Positions 48,829 to 58,991 of a DNA stretch of 64,000 nt are shown one piece after another (positions within the stretch are counted from its first letter, which is position 1; each line of letters begins with the position of its first letter). The stretch is from Alphaproteobacteria bacterium (GTDB lineage: Bacteria; Pseudomonadota; Alphaproteobacteria; JBFXJJ01). The stretch is taken from contig JBFXJJ010000001.1 in assembly GCA_050175015.1 (NCBI GenBank), positions 160,001 to 224,000 on the forward strand, given 5' to 3'. Below the pieces are notes generated by a model. The model saw only the letters and a program-made list of their open reading frames with translations. It did not search any database and was not told the DNA's origin. The position numbers and the translations under genes are program-made.

Positions 48829-49311
48829 ATGAGTGAAACTGAGACTAAAAATAACGAAACCGAAAATAAACAATCTTTAGCAATTAATGCTCAATTTATT
48901 AAAGACCTTTCTTTTGAAGCTCCCAATTCTCCGTTTATTTTTAATGAAATGACCAAAATGCCTGATGTTAACATCAATGTTGATGTTCAGGCTGCTAAAA
49001 TTGAAAATAATATTTTTGGCGTTGATTTAAAATTCCATATAAATGGCAGAGTTGGTGAAAAAACAGCTTTTATTGTTGAGTTAACATATGGTTGCGTTGT
49101 TACATTAAACATTCCTCAAGAACATATGGAACCTATGCTGCTTATTGAAGTTCCAAGACACTTGTTCCCATTTGCTAGAAACATTTTAGCTGATGTTACC
49201 AGAGATGGGGGCTTCCCTCCTCTTATGATTACTCCTATTGATTTTGTTGGTCTTTATCGCAAAAGAGTAGAAGAAAAAATTAAAGCCGATCAAAATCAAA
49301 AACTTAACTAG
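48829..49311 (+). CDS. secB: Protein-export chaperone SecB
   Basis: QFIKDLSFEAP, LFPFAR, DGGFPPL..PIDF; GGAGA RBS. Confidence 0.96.
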   Translation: MSETETKNNETENKQSLAINAQFIKDLSFEAPNSPFIFNEMTKMPDVNINVDVQAAKIENNIFGVDLKFHINGRVGEKTAFIVELTYGCVVTLNIPQEHMEPMLLIEVPRHLFPFARNILADVTRDGGFPPLMITPIDFVGLYRKRVEEKIKADQNQKLN

Positions 49312-49332
49312 TTTGATTAATCCTTTATATTT

Positions 49333-49377
49333 TAAGAGATTTCTTGTAAAAAAATTCAAGAAATCTCTTATTTTTTT
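49333..49377 (+). terminator. Rho-independent terminator after secB
   Basis: TAAGAGATTTCTTG / CAAGAAATCTCTTA 14-bp stem followed by T7. Confidence 0.8.
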
Positions 49378-49402
49378 AGATTCCCTATGAACTAATACTG
49401 TT

Positions 49403-49945
49403 CTATATTGATTTACCCATATTATAAGCTTTATCCATTAAATCTGTTTTTTTAACATCACCAACATTCCAAACACCTGTCGCATAGATAATTCCTTTTT
49501 CTTTGATGTTATCAAGACACGATGTAAAGCCCCTAAATTCCTCTACAGCTCTTTCTAATGCCTGTTTATTAGTATCAGCAGCTGTCATTATAAAATAAAA
49601 ATCTTTATTCTTAATTGCTGTATACTTAGAGCAAACCCTATCAATAAAAGTCTTCATTTGACCATTCATTGTGTAAAAATAGATAGGTGTAGCCATAGCT
49701 ATAACATCAGCAGCTATCATTTTTTCTAAAATTTCAGACATATCGTCTTTTTGAGCACAGCCTTTTTTGTTATTGCTGGTGCAATAGCCGCAACCTGTAC
49801 AATAATTTATGGTTTTATCCTTTAAAAAAACTTTTTCTGTTATGTTGCCTGACTCATCTGCTCCTAACTTAAACTGGTCGCAAAGAGTATCAGAATTGCC
49901 GCCTTTTCTTGGACTAGATGATATTATTAATACTTTTTTATTCAT
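49403..49945 (-). CDS. Flavodoxin-fold/iron-sulfur flavoprotein (NADPH-dependent FMN reductase family)
   Basis: SSPRKGGNS, CTGCGYC...C, DDM, ATPIYFY, KTFIDR. Confidence 0.88.
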   Translation of the reverse strand: MNKKVLIISSSPRKGGNSDTLCDQFKLGADESGNITEKVFLKDKTINYCTGCGYCTSNNKKGCAQKDDMSEILEKMIAADVIAMATPIYFYTMNGQMKTFIDRVCSKYTAIKNKDFYFIMTAADTNKQALERAVEEFRGFTSCLDNIKEKGIIYATGVWNVGDVKKTDLMDKAYNMGKSI

Positions 49946-49964
49946 AATTTTTAACCTTTATTTT

Positions 49965-50972
49965 TTATTTTGCTTTATCAACAAATTTATTTTCACGTTC
50001 ACTGTAACGAGCGCCGACATTAGGATATTTCTTTAATAATAAATCAATTTTTTCAATATCTTGCAGTGATAAAGCAACGTCTACAGCCTTGGCATTTTCT
50101 TCTAAATATTTTCTGCGTTTAGTCCCAGGAATAGGAATAATATTATCGCTTTGATACATTACCCAAGCTAAAGCTAACTGTGATGAGGTTATATTTTTGT
50201 TTTGAGCAATTTCTTCAAATTCTTTAACCATTTTTTGATTGTTTTCTAAATATTCGCCATTATAACGAGGAAGATTGTTTCTAAAATCACTTTTATCAAG
50301 TTTTTCAATATTTAATTTATTCGTTATTAAACCTCTTCCTAACGGTGCAAACGGTATAAAAGAAACATCTAATTCTTTTGTTAAAGGTAATACTTCCTTT
50401 TCTACATCTTTGAAAAATAAGGAATATTCACTTTGAAGTGCTGCAATAGGATAAGTGTCATTAGCTGCTTTTAAAGTTTTAGCTGAACACTCACTTAATC
50501 CTATGGCTCTTATTTTTCCTTCTTTTATTAAATCTGACATTGCACCAATCGTGTCTTCAACAGGAACATCAGGATTTAATCTATGAGCATAATAAAGATC
50601 TATAGTATCTATTTTTAATCTTTTAAGGCTTTGCTCAACCGCTGTTTTAATATATTCCGGAGATGAATCAATATAAACATCTCCACCAACAAAGGCACTT
50701 CCTTCGTTACTTCTAAGTCTAAATCCAAATTTAGTTGCAATTACAATTTTATCTCTGTGGGTTTTCAATATTTTTGATATGAGCTCTTCATTAGCACCTT
50801 TGCCATAAATATCAGCTGTATCCCAAAAATTTATTCCCAAATCTAAGGCACACTCCAGTGTTGCAAGGCTTTCTTTTTCGTCTGCAAAACCGTAAGCATC
50901 ACTCATACCCATACAACCGAGACCAACAGCTGAAATTTTAATATCACTTTTACCTAATTTTTTATATTTCAT
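49965..50972 (-). CDS. Aldo/keto reductase
   Basis: [40 protein letters not shown]. Confidence 0.93.
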   Translation of the reverse strand: MKYKKLGKSDIKISAVGLGCMGMSDAYGFADEKESLATLECALDLGINFWDTADIYGKGANEELISKILKTHRDKIVIATKFGFRLRSNEGSAFVGGDVYIDSSPEYIKTAVEQSLKRLKIDTIDLYYAHRLNPDVPVEDTIGAMSDLIKEGKIRAIGLSECSAKTLKAANDTYPIAALQSEYSLFFKDVEKEVLPLTKELDVSFIPFAPLGRGLITNKLNIEKLDKSDFRNNLPRYNGEYLENNQKMVKEFEEIAQNKNITSSQLALAWVMYQSDNIIPIPGTKRRKYLEENAKAVDVALSLQDIEKIDLLLKKYPNVGARYSERENKFVDKAK

Positions 50973-51020
50973 TGAATTATTCTCCTAAAATTTTTGTAGC
51001 CAATAAAAAATATTAATCAT

Positions 51021-51051
51021 ATGCTACGACCTTAGAGTAACTCTCAGTCAA
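51021..51051 (-). promoter_or_regulatory. MerR-type (AdhR/NmlR-like) promoter with 19-bp spacer and operator dyad
   Basis: TTGACT-GAGAGTTACTCTAAGGTCG (19 bp)-TAGCAT; dyad CTTAGAGT-A-ACTCTCAG. Confidence 0.8.
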
Positions 51052-51083
51052 GTGCTTTATTTAAAACTTTGGAATTTTTTATT

Positions 51084-51527
51084 ATGTATACAATTAAAGA
51101 CGTTTCTAAAAAAATGAACATTTCAGAACACACCTTAAGATTTTGGGATAAAACTGGTTTGTTTCCTTTTGTTTCTAGAGATAAAAACAATATTAGAATT
51201 TTTTCTGATAATGATTTGCGCTGGATATATATTGTAAAATGTTTAAAAAATGCCGGCACAGATAATAAATCAATAAAAAAATATATCGATCTTTGTATCA
51301 TTGGAGATTCTACAATTAGGGAACGATATGAAATTATAAAAATTACTAAAGCTAAAGCCGAAGCCAAAATGAAAGAACTTCAAAAACAAATGGAAGTTAT
51401 TTGTAAAAAAGAAGACTATTATAAAAATATGATAGAAAACAAAGAAACTGATAAATTAAATCCTATTAATCTGAAAAATAATTTTAATCAGTTTTTAGAA
51501 ACCTGCATCTTAGATAACAATTTTTAA
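51084..51527 (+). CDS. MerR-family regulator (AdhR/NmlR-like)
   Basis: YTIKDVS..ISEHTLRFWDKTGL, RDKNN.R.F, VKCLK, GDSTI.ER. Confidence 0.9.
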   Translation: MYTIKDVSKKMNISEHTLRFWDKTGLFPFVSRDKNNIRIFSDNDLRWIYIVKCLKNAGTDNKSIKKYIDLCIIGDSTIRERYEIIKITKAKAEAKMKELQKQMEVICKKEDYYKNMIENKETDKLNPINLKNNFNQFLETCILDNNF

Positions 51528-52213
51528 GCTTTATTCCATAATGGACTTGATATTTTTTTCAAAAATTCTTGATGAGATAATTCTTCCTCAGGCGAAACAA
51601 TTGATAATCTTCTTGGCTCATATACTTTTTTTTCTTTTTTTGAGCCATTTGCGCTTGTCGCATAATTTTTGCCTTCAACCTTAGATAAAACAAATCCAGG
51701 TTCACGGCCGCCTATAAGCTCCAAATAGACTTCTGCTAAGAGTTCTGAATCAAGTAAAGCTCCGTGTTTATCACGTTTAGAGTTATCAATGCTATATCTT
51801 TTACATAAAGCATCTAAGCTCACGGACATTCCTGGAAACTTACTACGTGCTATTCTAAGAGTATCAACTGCTCTGGTCATAGGTAAGATCGTTTTATTTA
51901 TCCAAGAAAGTTCGGCATTGATAAATTTCATATCAAATTCAGCATTATGAATTATTAAGTTAGAATCTTTTAAAAAATCTAAAAATTCATCAGCAACATC
52001 TCGAAATATTGGTTTGTCTTTTAAAAAATCTAAATTAAGCCCGTGAACTCTAAAAGCTTCTTCTGGAACTTCTCTTTCGGGATTTAAATATTGATGATAA
52101 TAGTTACCTGTTGGAACGTGATTAATTAATTCAACGCAGCCTATCTCAACCATACGATGACCACTATATGGTTCAAATCCTGTGGTTTCCGTATCTAAAA
52201 CTATTTCTCTCAT
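51524..52213 (-). CDS. dnaQ: DNA polymerase III epsilon subunit
   Basis: LDTETTG, HNAEFD, SLDALC, HGALLD. Confidence 0.97.
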   Translation of the reverse strand: MREIVLDTETTGFEPYSGHRMVEIGCVELINHVPTGNYYHQYLNPEREVPEEAFRVHGLNLDFLKDKPIFRDVADEFLDFLKDSNLIIHNAEFDMKFINAELSWINKTILPMTRAVDTLRIARSKFPGMSVSLDALCKRYSIDNSKRDKHGALLDSELLAEVYLELIGGREPGFVLSKVEGKNYATSANGSKKEKKVYEPRRLSIVSPEEELSHQEFLKKISSPLWNKA

Positions 52214-52797
52214 TAGTTTTTAAAACCTTTTAATTTTAATTTTTTTAAAAAATATTCAACTTTTTTTATGCCACAGTTGGTATTAATTACAATATCAGCT
52301 TTTCTTTTCTTTATAAAATTTGGCAGCTGTCTTTGTTTTATACCTAAGAATTTTTCAAATGTCATATTTTTTCTTAACATAACTCTATGGTATTGCATAA
52401 AAGAAAAACACGAAACAACCATAATTTTATCACAAAATTTATCCCAGCCAGCTTCATATAACAATGGTATATCCAAGATAACAAATGATTCTAATTTGTT
52501 GTTATTTAAAAACTTATCCATTTCTATTTTAACTAATGGGTGAACCAATTTTTCTAATTTAATTCTTTTTTGTTTATTATTAAATACTATCTCACCTAAA
52601 ACTTTACGATTAATTTTATTGTTAAAAACAGCTTCAGGAAATTCATTTTTAATATTGTTTATTAATGATTTTTCTTCATTAAATAGCTTATGTACAACAA
52701 AATCAGATTCAAAAACAGGCAGTCCCATTTGCTTTAATATATTGCAAACAGTTGTTTTGCCCATAGCTATTGAGCCTGTAAGACCTATTATTATCAT
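52213..52797 (-). CDS. coaE: Dephospho-CoA kinase
   Basis: GLTGSIAMGKTT, LE.LVHP, DIPLLYE. Confidence 0.94.
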   Translation of the reverse strand: MIIIGLTGSIAMGKTTVCNILKQMGLPVFESDFVVHKLFNEEKSLINNIKNEFPEAVFNNKINRKVLGEIVFNNKQKRIKLEKLVHPLVKIEMDKFLNNNKLESFVILDIPLLYEAGWDKFCDKIMVVSCFSFMQYHRVMLRKNMTFEKFLGIKQRQLPNFIKKRKADIVINTNCGIKKVEYFLKKLKLKGFKN

Positions 52798-53633
52798 TAC
52801 GCAAACATCAATTCTTTAAGTTCTTCTGTAACTTCAGGATCAATTCCAAACCATGAAGCAAAGCTTGGTCTTGCTTGATGAAGCAGCATACCTAAGCCAT
52901 CAATAACAATATTTCCTCTAACTGCTGCCCTTCTTAAAAATTTTGTTTTAGTATCGTTATAAATAATATCAACAACTACAGCTTTAGGATTTAACTTACC
53001 TAATTCAATAGGTAAATCACTGCTTTTATCTAAACCCAAAGATGTTGAATTAACAATAAGTGTTGCATCATCAATACATTCCGAACGATATTCCCAATCA
53101 ACTATTTTTATTTTATTGCAGTTCATAATTTCTGCTAATTTCCCAGCATTAGATGCTGTACGATTAACTAATCTTATTTCAGGACAATTGCCATCAATCA
53201 GAGCGGAACAAACAGCCCTAGCAGCTCCACCTGCCCCATATAAAACTGCTGGACCTTTAGAAATTTGATTAGGACATCTTTGTTCAATATTTTGAGTAAA
53301 GCCAAAACTATCAGTATTATGACCAATTAAAGAACCATCATTTTTAACAATTATAGTGTTAACTGCGCCTATTTTTTTCGCTTCATTACTTAAAATATCA
53401 ACTAATTCCATAGCTCTAATTTTATGAGGAACTGTAACGTTTACCCCTTTAAAACCAAATTTAGAAAGATTTTTAACAACGTCATCAAAATCAGATGGCT
53501 TAACAGCAAACGGAACATATACTCCATTGATATTATATTTTTCAAACCAATAATTATGAATTAATGGCGATTTTGAATGTTCAATCGGATAACCTATAAC
53601 TCCTGCAAGCTCAGTTTTACCATTTATGTTCAT
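52797..53633 (-). CDS. aroE: Shikimate dehydrogenase
   Basis: HSKSP.IHN, NVTVPHK, GAVNT, NTD, GAGGAA, GLGMLLHQA. Confidence 0.96.
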   Translation of the reverse strand: MNINGKTELAGVIGYPIEHSKSPLIHNYWFEKYNINGVYVPFAVKPSDFDDVVKNLSKFGFKGVNVTVPHKIRAMELVDILSNEAKKIGAVNTIIVKNDGSLIGHNTDSFGFTQNIEQRCPNQISKGPAVLYGAGGAARAVCSALIDGNCPEIRLVNRTASNAGKLAEIMNCNKIKIVDWEYRSECIDDATLIVNSTSLGLDKSSDLPIELGKLNPKAVVVDIIYNDTKTKFLRRAAVRGNIVIDGLGMLLHQARPSFASWFGIDPEVTEELKELMFA

Positions 53634-54229
53634 TTTAAAACTACCTCTTTATTTCTCAAAAAATCTAAAATTGGTATTATTGGCAAACCTAAAATTCCAA
53701 AATAATCACTTTCTATTTCTGAAAAAAGCTGTATTCCTTCGCCCTCTAAAAAATAACAACCAACAGAATTTATAATTTCAGGATTATTTTCCACATAATT
53801 ATCTAAAAAATTATCAGAAAAATTACGCATAGCCATTTTAATTTTACTATTATAATTCCAAACAATTTCATTATTAATAGCTATAGTAACACCATTAACT
53901 AAATAATGGGTTTTGTTTCTTAAAAATTTTAAAACTTCCTTAGCTTCATTAATATTTTCAGCTTTACTAAATAAAATATTATCACATTCTAAAATTTGAT
54001 CAGCGCCTATTACTAAATGATTATCATATTTTTTCGAAATTTCTAATGCTTTTGCTTGAGCTAATTTTAAAGATGTAACTTTCGAATCTAATTTTTCAAT
54101 AAGACATTTCTGTTTTATTTTAGTTTCATCAACATTAGATCCTATAGCTTCAAATTTAATTCCAGAATTTGTTAAAATGTTAACTCTTGCTTTACTTTTT
54201 GATGCTAAAATAATCTTCTTCATAAGCAT
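53630..54229 (-). CDS. maf: Maf family nucleotide pyrophosphatase
   Basis: LASKS..R, VDE, LA..KA, IGADQ, ILGLP. Confidence 0.92.
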   Translation of the reverse strand: MLMKKIILASKSKARVNILTNSGIKFEAIGSNVDETKIKQKCLIEKLDSKVTSLKLAQAKALEISKKYDNHLVIGADQILECDNILFSKAENINEAKEVLKFLRNKTHYLVNGVTIAINNEIVWNYNSKIKMAMRNFSDNFLDNYVENNPEIINSVGCYFLEGEGIQLFSEIESDYFGILGLPIIPILDFLRNKEVVLK

Positions 54230-54709
54230 TGCCTGTTACTAAAGTGGATAACTTGGATAAAATTTAATGCTAGATAAAATTATGCTCATAAGCAACTTTT
54301 TATCATTTAGTTTCAAACATGTTGATAAAAGATGTTAAACTTAAATAATTATCTTAATAACCATCTTAATAACAGCTTGAAGTATTTTATAAAAAATAGT
54401 AAATTATCTTATTGAAAAATTTTAAATTTTTTAAAAATATTAACAGTTTTTTATACAGCTTTTTAAAAAAGCTATTAACATGTTTAAAAATAACTTTAAA
54501 TAATGTGGATTAAAAATTATCCCAATTATCAACAAGCTCTAATAAAACAACATCTATTAAATATATTTTTTTATTTAGGATTTTTTTTAAACAGGCTCGT
54601 TATTAATTATTGACACACAGCCAAGCTTTGTTTATTTGTTCACCTAACTTCATTCAAACATTTAAGTTTTATTTCAACCTCCCAGAATAATTTAAAATTA
54701 AGAGATATA
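54230..54709. other. Probable chromosomal replication origin (oriC)
   Basis: AT-rich gap between divergent maf and rho. DnaA-box-like 9-mers: TTATCCACT (-, 54243), TTATCCAAG (-, 54252), TTATCAACA (-, 54320), TAATCCACA (-, 54504), TTATCCCAA (+, 54517), TTATCAACA (+, 54526). Syntenic with the alphaproteobacterial ori; near parS/parAB. Confidence 0.8.
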
Positions 54710-55969
54710 ATGATTCATTTAAAAGATTTAAAAAAGAAAACTCCAGCTGAGCTTTTGGCTTATGCTGAAGAATTAGGTATTGAAGATGCATCTAATCTTC
54801 GTGTTCAAGATATGATGTTTACAATACTTAAAAAATTAGCTGACAGTGAAACTGCTATTTTAGGCGAAGGAGTTTTAGAAGTCTTACAAGATGGCTTTGG
54901 TTTCTTACGTTCTCCACAATCAAATTATTTAGCAGGTCCAGATGATATTTATGTATCACCTAGTCAAATTAAAAAATTTGGTCTTAGGACAGGTGATACG
55001 GTAGAAGGAGAAATAAGATCTCCTAAAGATAACGAAAGATATTTTGCTCTTTTAAAAGTTAATAAAATTAATTTTGCGGATCCTGAAGAACTCAGATACC
55101 GCATTAATTTTGACAATTTGACACCGCTTTATCCTGATGAAAAATTAATGATGGAAGACGATGTTGATGATCGTAAGGATTATACTTCAAGAGTTGTTGA
55201 TTTAATATCTCCGCAAGGTAAAGGACAGAGGGGACTTATTGTTGCTCCTCCAAGAACTGGTAAAACAGTTATGCTGCAAAATATTGCTCATTCTATTACT
55301 AAAAATCACCCTGAAATTTATTTAATAGTTTTATTAATTGATGAACGTCCCGAAGAAGTTACAGATATGCAGCGTTCGGTTAAAGGTGAAGTTGTAAGTT
55401 CTACTTTTGATGAACCAGCATCAAGACACGTTCAAGTTGCTGAAATGGTTATAGAAAAAGCAAAAAGACTAGTTGAACATAAAAAAGATGTGGTTATTCT
55501 TCTTGATTCCATTACAAGACTTGCCAGAGCTTATAACACAGTTGTTCCTAGCTCAGGTAAGGTTTTAACTGGTGGTGTTGATGCTAATGCTTTGCAACGT
55601 CCAAAACGCTTTTTTGGTGCTGCTCGTAATATTGAAGAAGGTGGATCTCTTACAATTATAGCTACAGCTTTAGTTGATACTGGATCAAGAATGGACGAAG
55701 TTATTTTTGAAGAGTTTAAAGGCACAGGCAACTCTGAAATTATTCTTGATCGCAAATGTTCTGATAAAAGATTATTTCCAGCTATTGATATTACAAAATC
55801 AGGAACTCGCAAAGAAGAGCTTTTGGTTGATAAGGGCACCTTATCAAAAATGTGGGTTTTACGCCGTGTTCTTATGCCGATGGGCGTTACCGATGCAATG
55901 GAATTCCTTTTAGAAAAACTTAGAACATCTAAGTGTAATAATGACTTTTTTGACTCGATGAATAGTTAA
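54710..55969 (+). CDS. rho: Transcription termination factor Rho
   Basis: [44 protein letters not shown]. Confidence 0.99.
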   Translation: MIHLKDLKKKTPAELLAYAEELGIEDASNLRVQDMMFTILKKLADSETAILGEGVLEVLQDGFGFLRSPQSNYLAGPDDIYVSPSQIKKFGLRTGDTVEGEIRSPKDNERYFALLKVNKINFADPEELRYRINFDNLTPLYPDEKLMMEDDVDDRKDYTSRVVDLISPQGKGQRGLIVAPPRTGKTVMLQNIAHSITKNHPEIYLIVLLIDERPEEVTDMQRSVKGEVVSSTFDEPASRHVQVAEMVIEKAKRLVEHKKDVVILLDSITRLARAYNTVVPSSGKVLTGGVDANALQRPKRFFGAARNIEEGGSLTIIATALVDTGSRMDEVIFEEFKGTGNSEIILDRKCSDKRLFPAIDITKSGTRKEELLVDKGTLSKMWVLRRVLMPMGVTDAMEFLLEKLRTSKCNNDFFDSMNS

Positions 55970-56727
55970 TGTTTTATCAAGTTATAGAATATCTTCAAAG
56001 TTTAAATAGTTGGGTGGTTTTTGCTGCCCAACTATTATTTGTTTGGTCGTTTTTATTATTGATGCTTAAGGTTTTTGGTAAAGAAGGTTTATATGTTTTT
56101 GTCGCAATAGCTGTTGTAATCGCTAACATTGAAGTTTTAAAACTGGTTAATTTTAATTTATTTTCTAATCCCATAACTTTAGGTAATATTTTATTTTCAT
56201 CAGTGTTTTTAGCTACAGATATTTTAAGTGAAGTTTATGGAAAAAAATACGCTCAAAAAGCTGTAATGCTTGGCTTTTTTGCTTATTTATTGTCAGTTAT
56301 AGCCCTGTTTATAACATTGGGATATAAGCCTATTACAGCTCAGGATATACCATCTGATATGAGTTGGGCTTTAGCAGTTCAACCTGCTATGGAAACATTA
56401 TTCGTACCATCAGTTGGAATTTTTATATCAAGTATGACAGCTTATTTTTTAAGCCAGTTTTTAGACATTACAATTTTTCATAAAGTTAAAGATAAAACTA
56501 ATAATAAATATCTTTGGCTGCGCAACAATGCTTCAACATTTTGTTCATCGGTAATAGATAACACAACATTTAACTTTTTAGCTTTTGTTGTTTTAACTTC
56601 AAATCCTGTAAGTATCACGGTGTTATTAAAGAGTTATATCTTGGGTATGCTGGCTTTAAGATGGAGTCTTGCCATTTTTGATACTCCTATAATTTATTTT
56701 GCTAGAAAAATAGCGCCTAAAAATTAA
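55969..56727 (+). CDS. Queuosine precursor transporter (YhhQ/VUT family)
   Basis: ANI.VLK, FLATDILSEVYG, SQFLD, WLRNNAST..S..ID; TAATG overlap with rho. Confidence 0.88.
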   Translation: MFYQVIEYLQSLNSWVVFAAQLLFVWSFLLLMLKVFGKEGLYVFVAIAVVIANIEVLKLVNFNLFSNPITLGNILFSSVFLATDILSEVYGKKYAQKAVMLGFFAYLLSVIALFITLGYKPITAQDIPSDMSWALAVQPAMETLFVPSVGIFISSMTAYFLSQFLDITIFHKVKDKTNNKYLWLRNNASTFCSSVIDNTTFNFLAFVVLTSNPVSITVLLKSYILGMLALRWSLAIFDTPIIYFARKIAPKN

Positions 56728-56728
56728 C

Positions 56729-56854
56729 CATATAAAAGTTTTGATTTTACTTTTACAAAAGTAAAAACTTACCTGTTAAGGCTTGCCGTAAAACAAAATG
56801 ATTATATTGCTTTGCACATTAATGATTTTTTTAAAAATCCTTAACAATCCTTAA
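56729..56854 (+). repeat. Dispersed modular repeat (copy 5; complete A-linker-B-C)
   Basis: CATATAAAAGTTTT..TTTTACTTTTACAAAAGTAAAAAC..CTGTTAAG.CTTGCC.. then C hairpin; colinear with 60911-61054. Confidence 0.85.
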
Positions 56855-57308
56855 GAAGATTATTTTTTTCCAAAGAAAGTAATAATTTTTTATCTTCTAT
56901 CCCATTAAAGCCAGAATAGCCGCCGATTTTATCATTTTTGGCGATAACTCTATGACAAGGAATAATAATTGGTATAGGATTTTTGCCGCACGCCATTCCA
57001 ACTGGTCTAGGATATGATTTTATATTTTCAGCTAAGCTCCCATAGCTTAAAGTTTCACCATAAGGAATCGAAAGCATTTCATTCCAAACTTTTTGCTGAA
57101 ACATAGTTCCTTCAGGTTTTAGAGGCAGATTAAACGCTTTTAAAGTACCTTCAAAATAATTGTTAAGTTGCTTTTTTGCTTCTAATAACAGCAAAGTTTC
57201 TGAAAATATATCTTCTTTTTGTGGTGTTTTTCCAAGATTTGATATAAAACCATTTTTTTCGGTTATATATAAAATTCCAAGAAAACTATTTAATTTAATA
57301 TAAGCCAT
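56841..57308 (-). CDS. ogt: Methylated-DNA-protein-cysteine methyltransferase
   Basis: GT.FQQKVW, IPYG.T.SY, NP.PIIIPCHRV. Confidence 0.93.
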   Translation of the reverse strand: MAYIKLNSFLGILYITEKNGFISNLGKTPQKEDIFSETLLLLEAKKQLNNYFEGTLKAFNLPLKPEGTMFQQKVWNEMLSIPYGETLSYGSLAENIKSYPRPVGMACGKNPIPIIIPCHRVIAKNDKIGGYSGFNGIEDKKLLLSLEKNNLLKDC

Positions 57309-57332
57309 AAAGGTTAATATAAGGGAAAGCTT

Positions 57333-58688
57333 ATGAAAGATAAAGATACGATTTTTGCTCTTGCTAGTGGAATGGGAAAAGCTGGTGTCGCTGTTATCAG
57401 AATATCAGGAAGTAACGCTGATAAAGCTGTTTATAAGATGACTAAAAATGCAGCAAAAATTTTAGCAAAGCCAAGATATGCTTTTTTTGAAGCCTTATAT
57501 AACCCAGTTACAAATGAGCCAATAGACGAATCTTTAATAATATATTTTAAAGCTCCCTATAGTTTTACAGGTGAAGATATTGTAGAGCTTCATATTCACG
57601 GCGGTAGAGCTGTAATTAATGATGTTTTAAAATCGTTAATTAAAATTGATGGATTTAGACCAGCTGAGGCAGGAGAATATTCCTTAAGAGCATTTTTAAA
57701 CAATAAAATGGATTTAACGGAAGCTGAGGGGCTTTGTGATATTATTGATGCTGAAACATCGAGCCAGAGACAACAAGCTCTAAGACAGCTTAAAGGTCAT
57801 TTAAAAGACTTTTATGAAGATTTAAGAAAACAACTAGTTGCAAGTCTTTCTCATATGGAGGCATATCTTGATTTTCCAGAAGAAGAGATACCAGAAGATG
57901 TTACTTTAGCGATACAAAACAATATATCTTTATTAATCAATAAAATATCACAATATGTTGATGATAAGCAATATGGTGAAAAAATTAGAGATGGATTTTC
58001 AGTAGCTATTATTGGAGAACCTAATGTTGGCAAGTCAAGTATCATAAATCAATTAACAAAACGAAACGTTTCTATTGTTTCTGACGTTGAGGGAACCACA
58101 AGAGACATAATCGATGTTCATTTTGAGATTAACGGTATTTTAGTTAATATCTCTGATACAGCAGGAATAAGAACAACGTTCGATAAGGTAGAAAAAGAAG
58201 GCGTTGAGCGTGCTGTAAATTGTGCAGAGAATGCTGATATAATAGTTTATGTTTTTGACAATTATGAAAAGCTAAAAAATCCAGATGATAATTTTAATGA
58301 TATTATAAATGATAAATCTAATATTATATATGTTTTGAATAAGGCTGATTTATTGAATCAAAAAATAGAGTTAGAACATAAAGATAATAAGATTTTTTTA
58401 GTTTCGGCATTAACAGGTTTAGGACTTAAGGAATTAGTTGAAGAGATTTCTAAAGTTATATCCGAAACAGATTTATTAAATTCCGCTCCAGTTATCACAC
58501 GGGCAAGACATAGATATGCTTTAGAAAAGACTTTAGAAGCTTTGAAACGCTTTGATTTAAGCAATAATCTTGATATTGCTTGTGAAGATTTGCGTATAGC
58601 GACAAGATTTTTAGGAACAATTACTGGGGTAGTTGATGTTGAAGAGATTTTAGATAATATTTTTTCAAAATTCTGCATCGGAAAATAA
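57333..58688 (+). CDS. mnmE: tRNA modification GTPase MnmE
   Basis: SFTGED, GEPNVGKSS, GTTRD, DTAG, NKAD, C-terminal FCIGK. Confidence 0.98.
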   Translation: MKDKDTIFALASGMGKAGVAVIRISGSNADKAVYKMTKNAAKILAKPRYAFFEALYNPVTNEPIDESLIIYFKAPYSFTGEDIVELHIHGGRAVINDVLKSLIKIDGFRPAEAGEYSLRAFLNNKMDLTEAEGLCDIIDAETSSQRQQALRQLKGHLKDFYEDLRKQLVASLSHMEAYLDFPEEEIPEDVTLAIQNNISLLINKISQYVDDKQYGEKIRDGFSVAIIGEPNVGKSSIINQLTKRNVSIVSDVEGTTRDIIDVHFEINGILVNISDTAGIRTTFDKVEKEGVERAVNCAENADIIVYVFDNYEKLKNPDDNFNDIINDKSNIIYVLNKADLLNQKIELEHKDNKIFLVSALTGLGLKELVEEISKVISETDLLNSAPVITRARHRYALEKTLEALKRFDLSNNLDIACEDLRIATRFLGTITGVVDVEEILDNIFSKFCIGK

Positions 58689-58714
58689 AAAAAGATCAAA
58701 AATAAAACCATAAA

Positions 58715-58730
58715 TGTTTCACGTGAAACA
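58715..58730. promoter_or_regulatory. parS site
   Basis: TGTTTCACGTGAAACA perfect consensus. Confidence 0.95.
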
Positions 58731-58991
58731 AAATGACTAAGTCATTAAAATAACAAACAAAAAAGAGACTTAAAAAATACAAAATTAAGAGCTAAAATAA
58801 TTATGCTAATTTATGATATTTAAACTAAAAAATTAACAAAGAGTTAATGAAAAAATCAAAGACAAAATAAGTTTGCAGATTGTTTTTTCTATAATTAATT
58901 ATATATTCATAATTACTAGGCTATATAATGAATAATTAAAATTTTATTAAGACTCATAAATAGTATATAAAAAAATAAAGAGTACTCTAAT

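Noticed and set aside
54330-54500. CtrA boxes in oriC
   Set aside because: The TTAA pairs I checked are spaced 5, 8 or 9 nt apart, not the TTAA-N7-TTAA consensus, and TTAA is frequent by chance here.
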